DNA from: a bacterium
GTDB taxonomy: Bacteria > UBA8248
DNA: 64,000 nucleotides
Reading direction: 5' to 3'
NCBI GenBank assembly: GCA_965261085.1
Contig: OZ253442.1
Coordinates: 2,688,001 to 2,752,000, forward strand
Numbering within the stretch: the first letter of the stretch is position 1; each line of letters opens with the position of its first letter. Below, in pieces: positions 36,089 through 45,972 of the stretch. Made by a program: the position numbers and the translations under genes. The notes beneath the pieces were generated by a model that was not told the origin of the DNA, made no database searches, and was given only the letters and a program-made list of their open reading frames with translations.

Positions 36089-37186
36089 TCATCCTTCCTG
36101 CTCAGGTATTTCCAGTTTATCCGCCAGCCAATCCGCCGCGAGAGGCCGCCACAAAAAGGGAATGTTGTTGCATACGTGGACGCCCTCTGGATACACCACG
36201 AGTTCGCACGCATCACCCGCCTCCGCCGCTATCTTGTGGGCCTGCTCCACGGGGCACAGCCTGTCTTTCGCGCCGTGAATGATCAGAAGGGGTCGATCCA
36301 GACCGCTCAAACACCCGCGCAGGGAAATCTCCTGCGATTTGAGCGCGCCTTGTTCTTCGTTCTCCGTCTGAAAGGAGACGCAAACCCCCTGGCGGGTCAA
36401 TGCGGGTAAACCCTCCCATATCTCCACCATGTCGTATGGTCCGCACACGCCGACCCCGGCCCTGAGGCGAGGCTCGCCCGCAAGGCTGCGCGGCGCATAG
36501 TAGCCGCCCAGACTCACCCCCAGAGCCCCGATGCGGGATGAATCCAGCCGGGTGTCCGCAGTGAGAAAATCCATGACGACAGAGACCACGCGCTCGAAAT
36601 CAGGCCGCATCTGCATGTCGGCGTTTTCCCCCTGGGCGGGGCCGTCGAAGGCGAAAGTCGCCATGCCGCGAGCGTGGAGGACTTCTTCGAGCGTATAAAA
36701 TTCCTCTTTCGTGGAATCGAGACCCGCGACCAGGACGACGCACGGCGCGCCGCCCTCCCCTTTCGCCCCCTCGGGGATTCGCAAGACGCCCGGCAGAATT
36801 CTTCCGCCAGACCAGGGCATTTCCACCCGCTCGGCGGGCGGGTCCAGAAGCGGCGCGGCGCGAAGATAGGCCGCCACCTTTCTCTTTTGCGCCTCGGCCT
36901 TGAGTTCGAGATCCTCATGATAGACGAACTGGGCGAAATGATAGGCGAGAGAAGCCCGCACATAGGCCTCGGCGGCGCTCAACATCCTGCCCGCCTTCTC
37001 CATCTCGCGGGCTTCCCGCTCGCGAACGGCCGCGCGCTCCATCCAGAGGCGGCACCATTCGTGCCAGGAACTTACTTTGGGTATGACTTCCGAAGCGTCG
37101 ATGTAGGAGATGCCGTTCGCCAGAAGGCGGACGTACCAGTGCGAGAGGGCCTCTTGCGTAAGCGCGTCGGCGGAGGATTCATTCAA
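36089..37186 (-). CDS. Alpha/beta hydrolase (2,6-dihydroxypseudooxynicotine hydrolase-like)
   Basis: GLDSTKEE, DGPAQGE, GVSLGGYYA, HGAKD, GVHVCNN; TTG at 37186 after GAGGAG. Confidence 0.85.
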   Translation of the reverse strand: MNESSADALTQEALSHWYVRLLANGISYIDASEVIPKVSSWHEWCRLWMERAAVREREAREMEKAGRMLSAAEAYVRASLAYHFAQFVYHEDLELKAEAQKRKVAAYLRAAPLLDPPAERVEMPWSGGRILPGVLRIPEGAKGEGGAPCVVLVAGLDSTKEEFYTLEEVLHARGMATFAFDGPAQGENADMQMRPDFERVVSVVMDFLTADTRLDSSRIGALGVSLGGYYAPRSLAGEPRLRAGVGVCGPYDMVEIWEGLPALTRQGVCVSFQTENEEQGALKSQEISLRGCLSGLDRPLLIIHGAKDRLCPVEQAHKIAAEAGDACELVVYPEGVHVCNNIPFLWRPLAADWLADKLEIPEQEG

Positions 37187-37925
37187 TTTTCTTCTCCTCA
37201 AGCGGCCTTTCGGCATGGATCCGAACCGAGACCACCGGACGAAACGGGGTGTGGCCGGAAATATCAATATCACAAAAACCGGCGCTCGCCAGCAGGGACT
37301 CCCATTCGGTCTGCTCACAGACCCCGCCGAGCGAGGCGTTCCACGCCTGGGGGTCCTGGGCGATCTCACCGGGCAATTCGCCCTCGCGTATCAATTCGCG
37401 GGCCACGAGGCGGCCACCCGGCTTCAATATGCGGTGCGCCTCGGCGAGCGCTTTTCCCTTGTTCACCGTCAGGTTGAACGAGGCGTTAGCGAGCACAACG
37501 TCGGCGACGCCGTCTCCAAGGGGAACCTTCTCCATGTCCCCGGCCAGCAGATGCACGCGCGCGCCTTGATGAAGACCCACAAACGCCTCGCGCGTACGAT
37601 GAAGCATCTGGGGCGCGAAATCCACTGCGAACAGCCTGGCGCCTTCCTCCAGCTTCTCGCTCAGAAGGCGCGCGTCTAATCCCGCGCCGCATCCCAACTC
37701 TACGGCCGTTTGCACGCCCGTGAGATCGACTCCCTCGAGTAGATACCCGCAGCCACAATAAGAGGACGAAACGCGTTCGGGAAGTCCGTCGATAAAGCGG
37801 GCGGGATAGCCTGCTCCTCGCGCTCTGTCCGCACCGCCTACGGGAAACGCATGCGCCTCCGCCAGATGGGCGTAGCGCTTTCTGACGAAGGATTTCACCT
37901 GCTCCTCCCACGCCCGGGGCTTCAC
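37179..37925 (-). CDS. Class I SAM-dependent methyltransferase, ArsM-like
   Basis: VRKRY, YCGCG, VELGCGAGLD, RILKPGGRL. Confidence 0.82.
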   Translation of the reverse strand: MKPRAWEEQVKSFVRKRYAHLAEAHAFPVGGADRARGAGYPARFIDGLPERVSSSYCGCGYLLEGVDLTGVQTAVELGCGAGLDARLLSEKLEEGARLFAVDFAPQMLHRTREAFVGLHQGARVHLLAGDMEKVPLGDGVADVVLANASFNLTVNKGKALAEAHRILKPGGRLVARELIREGELPGEIAQDPQAWNASLGGVCEQTEWESLLASAGFCDIDISGHTPFRPVVSVRIHAERPLEEKKIE

Positions 37926-37953
37926 GCCATGAACGGTTACGGGCACGGGACGC

Positions 37954-38706
37954 CTAATGCGGCATGTGGGCCGGGTTCCAGAACTCTCCGGTCCGCACCA
38001 TTTTGGCGATTCGCTCGCCGTGAGGCATCCAGCCGTTCTCGTTTTTCTTCGCCTGCGCTTCACAGTCGTATTCCACGCGCTTGATTTCCACGCGCCATTC
38101 GCCGTCGCCCAGGTATTCCACGACCGAATAGGCGGGCCGGTAATCGCCGTCCCAGTTCATGCCCACCGCGGCGGTGCAGACAAGGGTCTGCCCATCGACT
38201 TCGCGGACGTAGGGGCCGTGCACGTGGCCGAAAGCCATGATCTCCGCGTCCGTTCCCTTGATCTTCTCCTTCACTTCCTCGTCCGTGAACCTCAGGGGGA
38301 TCGCGTCTTCGATGTCGTCCGGCGTGGCGTGGAAGATGAAGAAATCATGCCCTTTCTCGGGCGTGATCGTCATCGACCACATGAGGCCGTCGAGATAATC
38401 GATCTGCTCGGCGGAGAGGCGCTCACGCGTCTTCTTCACCATCTCGTAGAGCCATACGTGGTGTTCGTTCTTGGGCGGGTCCGTCTCGTCTTTTCGCTTC
38501 GAGACCCACCAGTCGAGATTTCCGGCGAGGACGTCCACGTCCTTACGCCCCATAAAGCGCTCGACCACCTCGGTGGGTTCGGGGCCGAGCATGACCAGAT
38601 CGCCGATGACGACCTCGCGGTCCGCGTTTTCCTTCGCCACGGCCTCCTGCACGGCATCCAGAGGCGCAAGCTGGGCGTGGATGTCGGAATACAGAACAAT
38701 CTTCAC
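37954..38706 (-). CDS. Calcineurin-like metallophosphoesterase
   Basis: SDIH, GDLV, AGNLD, FHA, GHVH. Confidence 0.9.
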   Translation of the reverse strand: MKIVLYSDIHAQLAPLDAVQEAVAKENADREVVIGDLVMLGPEPTEVVERFMGRKDVDVLAGNLDWWVSKRKDETDPPKNEHHVWLYEMVKKTRERLSAEQIDYLDGLMWSMTITPEKGHDFFIFHATPDDIEDAIPLRFTDEEVKEKIKGTDAEIMAFGHVHGPYVREVDGQTLVCTAAVGMNWDGDYRPAYSVVEYLGDGEWRVEIKRVEYDCEAQAKKNENGWMPHGERIAKMVRTGEFWNPAHMPH

Positions 38707-38729
38707 GTTACTACTCCCTTCCCGGTATC

Positions 38730-38768
38730 AAAGAACAGGGCCGCCGTACTCGAAAGCGCGGCGGCCCC
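38730..38768 (-). terminator. Probable terminator after the NitT/TauT binding protein gene
   Basis: Minus strand GGGGCCGCCGCGC-TTTCGA-GTACGGCGGCCCT followed by GTTCTTT. Confidence 0.55.
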
Positions 38769-38790
38769 ATGTTCTTGCGCGTTGAGATAT

Positions 38791-39804
38791 CTAAATCTTG
38801 CCTGCCTTTGCGAGCGCGGCCTTCGTCACGCTCGTGTCGACGATGTCCTCATAAGAGGGAGCCTTGCCCTTGATTTTTCCGAGGCGCTTCATGTAGTTCG
38901 CCGTGAAGGAAACCGAGGCCTTGGGGATGCCGTTGTTCACGCCCCAGATTTTCTCCGCCACGAAGATGTCATAAGTTTTCGACATGATTTCGGGGTTTTT
39001 CTTATAGACGGGACGCACCCATTTGTTCGCCGATTTAAGATAGCCCGCCTTGTCCTTGTAGATGGATCGGTTGGACTGCATCATCGCCATGGCGAAGCGC
39101 ACGTAGGCGTCCTTGTTCGAATTGATCTTGGAAGATGGCGCGATGAACGCCCCGTAGAAGAAGTTCGGCATGGCTTTCCACAGGTCCATCAGCTTGTTGA
39201 AGCTGGGCTTTCTCTTCTTGACGACGAGAACCTGCTCGACGTGAATGACCACGGCGTCGGCCTTGCCCTTGAGCAGAAACGGAACGCGCGCCGGCGGCGG
39301 GGTCTTGATGTATTTCACGTCCTTATCAGTCAGGCCTGCGGTCGATAGTACGGCGAGCGCGCCCAGATGGCTGTATCCGCCGCGCCCTTCGATGCCGATG
39401 GTGCGGCCCTTGAGGTCGGACGGCTTTTTCACCTGATCGTTCCCGGCCATCTGCGCTTCGCTCAAATAGGCCATGGAGTGGAAGAACTTCATGCCGCTGC
39501 CCTTGGTGATGCCCACCATCGCAATCGGGGCCGGCACCCAGGCGGCGTCCATACCGCTTTTCTTGCTCGTTATCGCCCGGTGCGTGGCGACGCCGCCCCG
39601 GAAGAATTTGATCTCGACGTCCAGGCCGTGTTTCTTGAAAATATCGTTGTCCAGCGCGTAAAAGACCGGCAGGTGAACCATGACCGGCGGACGCACGGGC
39701 ATGCCGAGCACTATCTTGTCGGCGGCGGCGGACTGCGCCGGCGCGCCCCACGTCGCTGCGGCGAGAACGAACGCCGCGACCAACACCATCCACATCTTTT
39801 TCAT
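38791..39804 (-). CDS. NitT/TauT-family ABC substrate-binding protein
   Basis: Signal peptide, FKKHGLDVEI, DLKGRTIG. Confidence 0.88.
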   Translation of the reverse strand: MKKMWMVLVAAFVLAAATWGAPAQSAAADKIVLGMPVRPPVMVHLPVFYALDNDIFKKHGLDVEIKFFRGGVATHRAITSKKSGMDAAWVPAPIAMVGITKGSGMKFFHSMAYLSEAQMAGNDQVKKPSDLKGRTIGIEGRGGYSHLGALAVLSTAGLTDKDVKYIKTPPPARVPFLLKGKADAVVIHVEQVLVVKKRKPSFNKLMDLWKAMPNFFYGAFIAPSSKINSNKDAYVRFAMAMMQSNRSIYKDKAGYLKSANKWVRPVYKKNPEIMSKTYDIFVAEKIWGVNNGIPKASVSFTANYMKRLGKIKGKAPSYEDIVDTSVTKAALAKAGKI

Positions 39805-39859
39805 TTCAAACTCCTTAAAAAGAATAGAAAATTCATGTCTCGACAAGACGCCCACTCAA

Positions 39860-40684
39860 TCAGGACTCTTGCCGAACCCTCCAGGATGAAAACTTCGTCT
39901 CGCAGACGTTCACGACTTTCGTTAAAGCTATACCGACTATCATCAACAAGACAACAGGCGCCAGACCCTTGTCCAGTTCCAGATCCCCGATGTAGTCCTG
40001 GCTCAGTGCGCCGAGTCCCGAAATGCTCATCAGGAACTCCGCGACGACCATTCCCACCAGGGCGCGTCCGCACGAGAGCCCCAGGCCCGCGACGAGGTAT
40101 GGAACCACGCTCGGGAAGATAAGATCCCGCCAACGCTGACTCTCCGTGGAGCAGAAAGAGCGCGTCACCTCGAGAAGGGAGAGGTCCACGTTCCGCACGC
40201 CGTGATAGACGTCCACGATGACCGGCATGATGGCGAAGAAGACGACGATGGTCGTCTTGCCGACGAAATCCACACCCAGAACCATCGCTATCGGAAACGC
40301 GAGCGCGACCACGGGCGTGGCGTAGAGAGCGAACACGTAGGTGTCCACGGCGTATTCGAAAATCTGGAAGCGTCCCATGAGAATCCCCAGCACGATGCCT
40401 AAGGGGATCGCGATGAGCAGACCCGCCACCAGGATTTGAGAACTCTCGTATGCGGCGGCTGTCATCTGGCCGCTGACGGTCAGTTCCCAGAAGGCGACGG
40501 ATATGGCGCTCGGGTAGCTGAAGGTGACCGGATCGATGTTGCCGGTCTGTCCCATCAACTCCCACCCGCCGATGACGACCACCAGCGATATGAGACGTAC
40601 ATATATGGCGGGTTCCTTGATGCGCTCCCAGGATGCTTTTTCTGCCGTCGATACGCCTATTGCCGTCGGTGCGTCGGTAGTCAA
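39860..40684 (-). CDS. NitT/TauT-family ABC permease
   Basis: GILMG, YATPVVA, GVRNVD, VVAEF, GLG. Confidence 0.9.
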   Translation of the reverse strand: MTTDAPTAIGVSTAEKASWERIKEPAIYVRLISLVVVIGGWELMGQTGNIDPVTFSYPSAISVAFWELTVSGQMTAAAYESSQILVAGLLIAIPLGIVLGILMGRFQIFEYAVDTYVFALYATPVVALAFPIAMVLGVDFVGKTTIVVFFAIMPVIVDVYHGVRNVDLSLLEVTRSFCSTESQRWRDLIFPSVVPYLVAGLGLSCGRALVGMVVAEFLMSISGLGALSQDYIGDLELDKGLAPVVLLMIVGIALTKVVNVCETKFSSWRVRQES

Positions 40685-40698
40685 AGGTCTGATGCCCC

Positions 40699-41508
40699 CT
40701 ATTCGGCGATGAGTTCTGGAATGGGTTCCGGCTCTTCGTCGGGGTTGCGCATGGCTTCCCAGAGGTAATGGCGCAGCGCCTGGAAGCGCTGGCTGCCCCG
40801 GAGTTCTTCCATATTCCTGCCTCGGCCGAATCCGGTTTCGAACTGAAAGCGTATTCTCCCCGGCCTGGGCGTCATCACCAGGACGCGATCCCCGAGCAGA
40901 AGCGCCTCGTCGATGCTGTGGGTGATGAAGATCATCGCTTTGGGCTCCACCTCGTTGATGCGCAGCAACTCCTCTTGCAGTGTTTCACGCGTCAGCGCAT
41001 CGAGAGCGCCGAAAGGCTCGTCCATCAACAAAACGTCGGGCTGCGCGGCGAGCGCCCTCGCCAGACCCGCTCTTTGCTGCATCCCGCCGGATAATTGAGA
41101 GGGGTAGTTTCCCTCAAAGCCCTCCAGACCCACCAGCTCCGTGTAGTGGCTGACGAGGCTGTCGATTTCTCCCTTCTCCTTGCCCTGTATCCGTAGCGCG
41201 TAGCCGATGTTCTGATCCAGGCGCTTCCAGGGGAAAAGCCCAAAATTCTGAAAAACCATGGCCATCTCCGGCCTCGGACCAGTGACCACCTCTCCTTTGA
41301 AGGAAACCTCTCCCCTCTCGCAGAGAATGAGTCCGTTCACGATCCGCAGAAGCGTCGTCTTCCCGCACCCGCTGGGACCAAGAATCGTCAGGATTTCCTG
41401 TGTCTTGACGTCGATGTCGATCTCATCGAGCACATGGAGGGAGCCGAACCATTTCCCGACGCCCTGAAGGCGCAGCGTTGGATTCGAGCCGTTGTCGGAT
41501 GGGGACAT
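40699..41508 (-). CDS. NitT/TauT-family ABC ATP-binding protein
   Basis: GPSGCGKT, LSGGMQQR, LLMDEPFGALD, ITHSIDEA. Confidence 0.95.
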   Translation of the reverse strand: MSPSDNGSNPTLRLQGVGKWFGSLHVLDEIDIDVKTQEILTILGPSGCGKTTLLRIVNGLILCERGEVSFKGEVVTGPRPEMAMVFQNFGLFPWKRLDQNIGYALRIQGKEKGEIDSLVSHYTELVGLEGFEGNYPSQLSGGMQQRAGLARALAAQPDVLLMDEPFGALDALTRETLQEELLRINEVEPKAMIFITHSIDEALLLGDRVLVMTPRPGRIRFQFETGFGRGRNMEELRGSQRFQALRHYLWEAMRNPDEEPEPIPELIAE

Positions 41509-41712
41509 GGATAAAAGGATTCCTGTCGAGAAAAGCGGCTTCATGCGCTTCGTTCGGTTGGCGAGATGATTCGCCGCGAGAATGAGGGCCACAGGTCAGA
41601 CGTATCATGAAAAACGCGACGCTCGCTCACCACCCTGAAGCGTTTCAATAATTTTGCGAGATTAGCATCCTTTACCGGAGGCGGCAAATATGGGGTTTTG
41701 CTCTCGGTCTCC

Positions 41713-42105
41713 CTATTCCTCACCCACGACGGCAATGGCCTGTATTTCGACCATCATTTCCGGTTTGGCGAAACCCGCCACCGTGATCAAGGCGCTGCCG
41801 GGATATCCATTCGGGAAATACTGCTTTCTGAGCTCGACGAAGCGACCCCCGTACTGGACGTTGAGAGTGAACACCGTCATCGTCACGATGTCCTGGAGTT
41901 TCCCGCCCGCCCGCTCCAGGGTGCGCTCCATCTGGCGAAACGTGGCGTGCACCTGCGCGTCGAAATCCCCCGCCAGCACGTTCCCCTCATCATCGCGCCA
42001 CGCCCCTACGCCGGCCATCCATATCTGCTCGCCTCCTCTCGTCTTCACCGCTGGCGAAAACGAGCGATCCTCCTGCCAGTCGCCCTTGAAATACTCTCGC
42101 GTCAT
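41713..42105 (-). CDS. RidA/YjgF family protein
   Basis: FSPAV, DIVTMTVF, MVEIQAIA. Confidence 0.88.
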   Translation of the reverse strand: MTREYFKGDWQEDRSFSPAVKTRGGEQIWMAGVGAWRDDEGNVLAGDFDAQVHATFRQMERTLERAGGKLQDIVTMTVFTLNVQYGGRFVELRKQYFPNGYPGSALITVAGFAKPEMMVEIQAIAVVGEE

Positions 42106-42123
42106 GTCAACTCCTTCTCCGGG

Positions 42124-43332
42124 TTATCGTGTTTCTATTTTTTTGCCTCTCAACTGCACCGATGTCGAAACGGCCAGCCAACTCATGATCGCAAAACAAA
42201 AATAGCTCGCATCCAGATTCACCTGCCCGGCGAGCCACCCACCCAACAAGGGGGCGAGAAAACTCAAGCCGTGGCAAGTGTAGATAAAACCGACGGATGA
42301 AGTGAGAATGTCTCTCTCCGAAAAATCCGCCGCCGCGGTGAGGATAATCGGGCTCACGAACCCGACGACGCCGGTCAAGGCGGACAGAATATAAAACCCC
42401 GTTTGCCACTGCATGAACGGCAGGGCGAAAACGAAGACTCCCAGCAGCGTCATGGGCCAGAACAGGGCGGCCCGCGCCCCCCAGCGGTTATACAAGATTC
42501 CCATCAATGGTTTGGCAAACATGCCGAAACCGAAATGGAGCGATACGGCCACGCCGATTTGCGCCGTGTTCATCCCCAGCTTCGAGGTCGCCAGCAGGGG
42601 CAGAAAACCAATCATTCCCTTGGTGCACATGCTGCGTAAGGTGTAGGTCGCCGCCAGCCACACCGTATTTTTGTTCTCGACGACCCGCCTGATGATGGAG
42701 AAGACTTTCAGATCCGCCGCTTTTCCCGCTTCGCGGATGGAGCTATTTTTCCCTACGCTGAACCGGGCGTTCACCAGAGGGAGGAGCGCAATGGCGGGAG
42801 CCGCGCAAGCGCCGATGGCCGCGCGCCATCCGACTACCGCCGCCAGCGCCGCCTGGGCCAGCGGGAGGATGCTGGTTCCGAGGTTGCCTCCCAGGCTGTG
42901 CCACGAAATGGCGAATGCGCGGTCGCGCTCGAAGCGATTCGCCGCCAGCGCCGTTCCGCACGGGTGGTAGACGGAATTTCCCGCCCCTGCCAGAAACGCC
43001 AGGGCGCACATCGGCAAGAACCGGCTCACCCACATCATCGCAATGAAAGACGCAGCGGAAGCGCCCATACCCATCAGCAGGATTAGTTTTCTGGCGCCCG
43101 TATAATCCGCCAGTATGGAAAGGGGGTATTGAAAGATCATCTGCCCGAGACTGAAAGTGCTGAGCAGGAGTCCCACTTCGAAGGGCGAGAGTTCGAGATC
43201 GATGACGATGAGCGCGAGAACGGGAACCAGCATGTTGGAAAACCCATCGCTCAGCCCGTGGGTCATGCCGATGACGCTTAGATCAAAATAATCGACGAAT
43301 CTCCAAACCGGTTTTTGCGAATGAGAGGTCAT
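42124..43332 (-). CDS. MFS transporter (Fsr-like)
   Basis: About 12 TM helices, GAGNSVYHP, GGNLG; TAATG overlap with the upstream gene. Confidence 0.88.
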   Translation of the reverse strand: MTSHSQKPVWRFVDYFDLSVIGMTHGLSDGFSNMLVPVLALIVIDLELSPFEVGLLLSTFSLGQMIFQYPLSILADYTGARKLILLMGMGASAASFIAMMWVSRFLPMCALAFLAGAGNSVYHPCGTALAANRFERDRAFAISWHSLGGNLGTSILPLAQAALAAVVGWRAAIGACAAPAIALLPLVNARFSVGKNSSIREAGKAADLKVFSIIRRVVENKNTVWLAATYTLRSMCTKGMIGFLPLLATSKLGMNTAQIGVAVSLHFGFGMFAKPLMGILYNRWGARAALFWPMTLLGVFVFALPFMQWQTGFYILSALTGVVGFVSPIILTAAADFSERDILTSSVGFIYTCHGLSFLAPLLGGWLAGQVNLDASYFCFAIMSWLAVSTSVQLRGKKIETR

Positions 43333-44324
43333 TACGATGCGGGAATATCGCGCCAGGCGGGAATGATGCCTCCACCCTCGGCCGACATTACTGCGCGGCA
43401 AATCGCATGGCCGACGGCCGTCATGGCGGCAGCCCCGACGACGTCGAGAGCCACCTCTCGCTCCCCGCGGGAGAGTGCGAACACCATGTCTCCATCCACC
43501 GTCGTAAAAGAAGGACGGACCGTACGAATGAGCCCGTTCGTCGCCACCTGGGCGAGTTTGTGGGTTTCGGTTTTCGTCAAGGAGGCATTCGTCGCGACAG
43601 CTACGAGCGTCGTGTTCTCGGAAGTATTGGAGAATCCCTCGAAGGGTCTTCCGTGGATCCTCAAGTGCTCTTCCGTATTCACGATTCCTTGGTCAGGAGG
43701 CATCGCCCTCGGCCCTGCGAGGGGATTCCCCGTCTCAGGGTCATAGATGCCGCCAAAGGCGTTCACCGCGGCAACCGCGCCCACGACGCCGCCCCCCGGC
43801 AGCGCAATGCTCGCCGTACCGACGCCGCCTTTCATGGCGCGCTCCTGGCCGAACAGTTTCCCTATCGTAGCGCCCGCGCCCGCACCCACGCTCCCCTGGG
43901 GGCCTTCGGCGTTCGAGGCCGCCTCGCACGCAGCGCGTCCCATGGCGGCGTCCGGACGGACTCGGCCATCACCGAAATGCAGGTCGAACAACACGCCCGC
44001 TGCGACCGTCGGTACGTTGAAGCGTCCGGTGGGGAACCCTCTTCCCTGCTCCTCCAGGAAAGCCATGACGCCGTCTGCCGAGGCCAAGCCGAATGCGCTT
44101 CCTCCCGTCAGGACGATCGCATCCACGCCTCCGACGAGGTGTTCGGCGCGCAGCGCGTCCATGCCGCGCGTGGCCGTCGCCGTGCCGCGCAACTCGCACG
44201 CCCCGACGGTTCCGGGCGGACAAAGCACCACGGAGACGCCCGTTTTGGCCCCATCATCGTGCGCGTGGCCGAGATAAAAGCCCGGCACGTCGGTTATGCA
44301 ACCTTTGAGATCAGAAGGATTCAG
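43332..44324 (-). CDS. Peptidase family S58 (P1/DmpA-like), probable CTG start
   Basis: ITDVPG, TGGSAFGL, GSVGAGAGA, ENTT autoproteolysis site, DGD; GAGGAG lies 8 nt before the CTG at 44324. Confidence 0.85.
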   Translation of the reverse strand: MNPSDLKGCITDVPGFYLGHAHDDGAKTGVSVVLCPPGTVGACELRGTATATRGMDALRAEHLVGGVDAIVLTGGSAFGLASADGVMAFLEEQGRGFPTGRFNVPTVAAGVLFDLHFGDGRVRPDAAMGRAACEAASNAEGPQGSVGAGAGATIGKLFGQERAMKGGVGTASIALPGGGVVGAVAAVNAFGGIYDPETGNPLAGPRAMPPDQGIVNTEEHLRIHGRPFEGFSNTSENTTLVAVATNASLTKTETHKLAQVATNGLIRTVRPSFTTVDGDMVFALSRGEREVALDVVGAAAMTAVGHAICRAVMSAEGGGIIPAWRDIPAS

Positions 44325-44366
44325 AAGAAAGACTCCTCGTTTCCTGGCGCATCCACAGAGGCCGCT

Positions 44367-45023
44367 TCAGTCCGCGATTGGCAACTCGCCGGGTGCGCGT
44401 CCAGGCAATTCACCGGTCTCAAGGATGCTGTCGATGACGTATCTGTATTGTTCGGCCGGCACCGCGCCGACCATGACCGCGTGATCGTTCACGACTACGG
44501 AGGGGATGCCCGTTATCCCCAAATTCGTGGCCTCCATGTATTCCTTGACGGCTTTTTCCTTCAAACCCCCGTTTTCAATAGCGTCGCGGAACCTGTCCAT
44601 GTCCAGGCCGCTTTCCTCCGCCACGTCACTCACCACCTCCGGGTCAGAGATGTTTCTGTTTTTCGTGAAAAAGGCGGCCAGAAGATTGTCGTGAAATTTT
44701 TCCCACTCTTCGGGTCCCTGGAATCTCGCCGCCAGCCCCGCTTCCGCAGACGGCATCGAGCAGTTCGGAAATTCCGCCTCGCTCTCCCATAAGGTGAAAT
44801 CACCGGAATCGGGCTGCGAATTCGCATTCGTCCAGTGGTTTCTGCGGTAATCGTTGAACACCGCCGTGGGGTCCGGCTCTGGCCTCAGCATGAAAACCCG
44901 GTACTGAATATCTACTTTACCGCCATATTCCTCTTTTACCTTCTTCAGGCGCACGGCCGAGTTAAAGCACCAGGGTCACAAAAAATCGCTGTACACCGTC
45001 AATCGTACAGGGGCGTTATCCAT
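44367..45023 (-). CDS. DsbA/FrnE-family thioredoxin-fold selenoprotein (U16-P-W-C)
   Basis: GAGGAG RBS, ATG at 45023, MDNAPVRLTVYSDFL-TGA-PWCF in frame with the 195-aa ORF; GITGIPS cis-Pro motif, GAVP. Confidence 0.85.
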
Positions 45024-45084
45024 TGTCTTCTCTCTCCTCTCGTTCCATCGCCATAGTCTCGAACCCCAACGATAAACACCAAAA

Positions 45085-45972
45085 CTATATCTTCATATGC
45101 GCCATGTGCACCTTCACCTTTTCGCCGATGCCCGCGCCCAGGAATTGCGCGGCGCTTCCTTCGGGCACGAATATCTCGAGCCGCGTCCAACTGTTGAACA
45201 GCGCCCCGAGATCGCCCGTCTTCACCGCCTGGTAGTATTCGCTCACCCCGTTGATGACATGATCGCCGATTTCGATGACCGGCAGGTGCGCGGCGTCGTC
45301 TTCTCCGTATTCGAAACGCCAGAAAGTCGTGGTGTCGATGTTCGTCACCAGGTTCCCGTATTGATCGACGCAGATGACCTCGCCGGTGATGGTGTCGGCA
45401 TCCTCGAATTCCACCGCGGGAAAATCGAAGCGCACCGGGTCGGTGATGACGGAGCCGAAATCCTCCGGGGGAACCCCGTAGGAAAGATGTCCCGCAACGG
45501 GCGCGAAAATATCCCTGCCGTGGAAGGTGGAACTCACCTCGTTCAGGAAAAACGCATCTTCTTCGAGCTCTCTGGTCCACATATAGAGCGGGTCGTCGTA
45601 TACGCAGGAGAACAGGCCGTTGTCCGGACCCACGAAATAGTAGTTTTCGGTGGCGGCTATGACTCCCCTGCGGCTGCTTCCCACACCCGGGTCCACGACC
45701 GCCACATGAATGGTCCCGCGCGGGAAATAATGCGCCGAAGAACCCAGAATCAACGATGCGGCCTTTACGTCGTAAGGCCTGATGGCGTGGGTGATATCCA
45801 CGATCCGGGCTACCGGATTTATCGCGAGGACAACGCCCTTCATCACCCCCGCATAGTGTTCATCGCTCCCGAAATCCGTGAGAAGAGTGACCAGCGGCTG
45901 AGCACCGCTTTCCTCTTCGAAATCGGGGGCGCCCTCGTGGAAAGGATTCGGACGCGATTGATCGTCCGTCAT
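45085..45972 (-). CDS. SAM hydroxide adenosyltransferase (DUF62)
   Basis: TLLTDFG, VVDPGVGSSRR, GPDNG, STFHGRDIF, DQYGN. Confidence 0.92.
   Translation of the reverse strand: MTDDQSRPNPFHEGAPDFEEESGAQPLVTLLTDFGSDEHYAGVMKGVVLAINPVARIVDITHAIRPYDVKAASLILGSSAHYFPRGTIHVAVVDPGVGSSRRGVIAATENYYFVGPDNGLFSCVYDDPLYMWTRELEEDAFFLNEVSSTFHGRDIFAPVAGHLSYGVPPEDFGSVITDPVRFDFPAVEFEDADTITGEVICVDQYGNLVTNIDTTTFWRFEYGEDDAAHLPVIEIGDHVINGVSEYYQAVKTGDLGALFNSWTRLEIFVPEGSAAQFLGAGIGEKVKVHMAHMKI

Noticed and set aside
37957-39348. Long antisense ORFs (e.g. 37957-39348, 43407-44792, 12860-14002, 6430-7455, 49190-50302)
   Set aside because: They mirror well-supported genes on the opposite strand and have no motifs; this is expected from GC-rich codon bias
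45085-45972. Fluorinase/chlorinase call for the DUF62 gene
   Set aside because: It retains VVDPGVG..R and TFHGRD, diagnostic of hydroxide adenosyltransferases rather than halogenases
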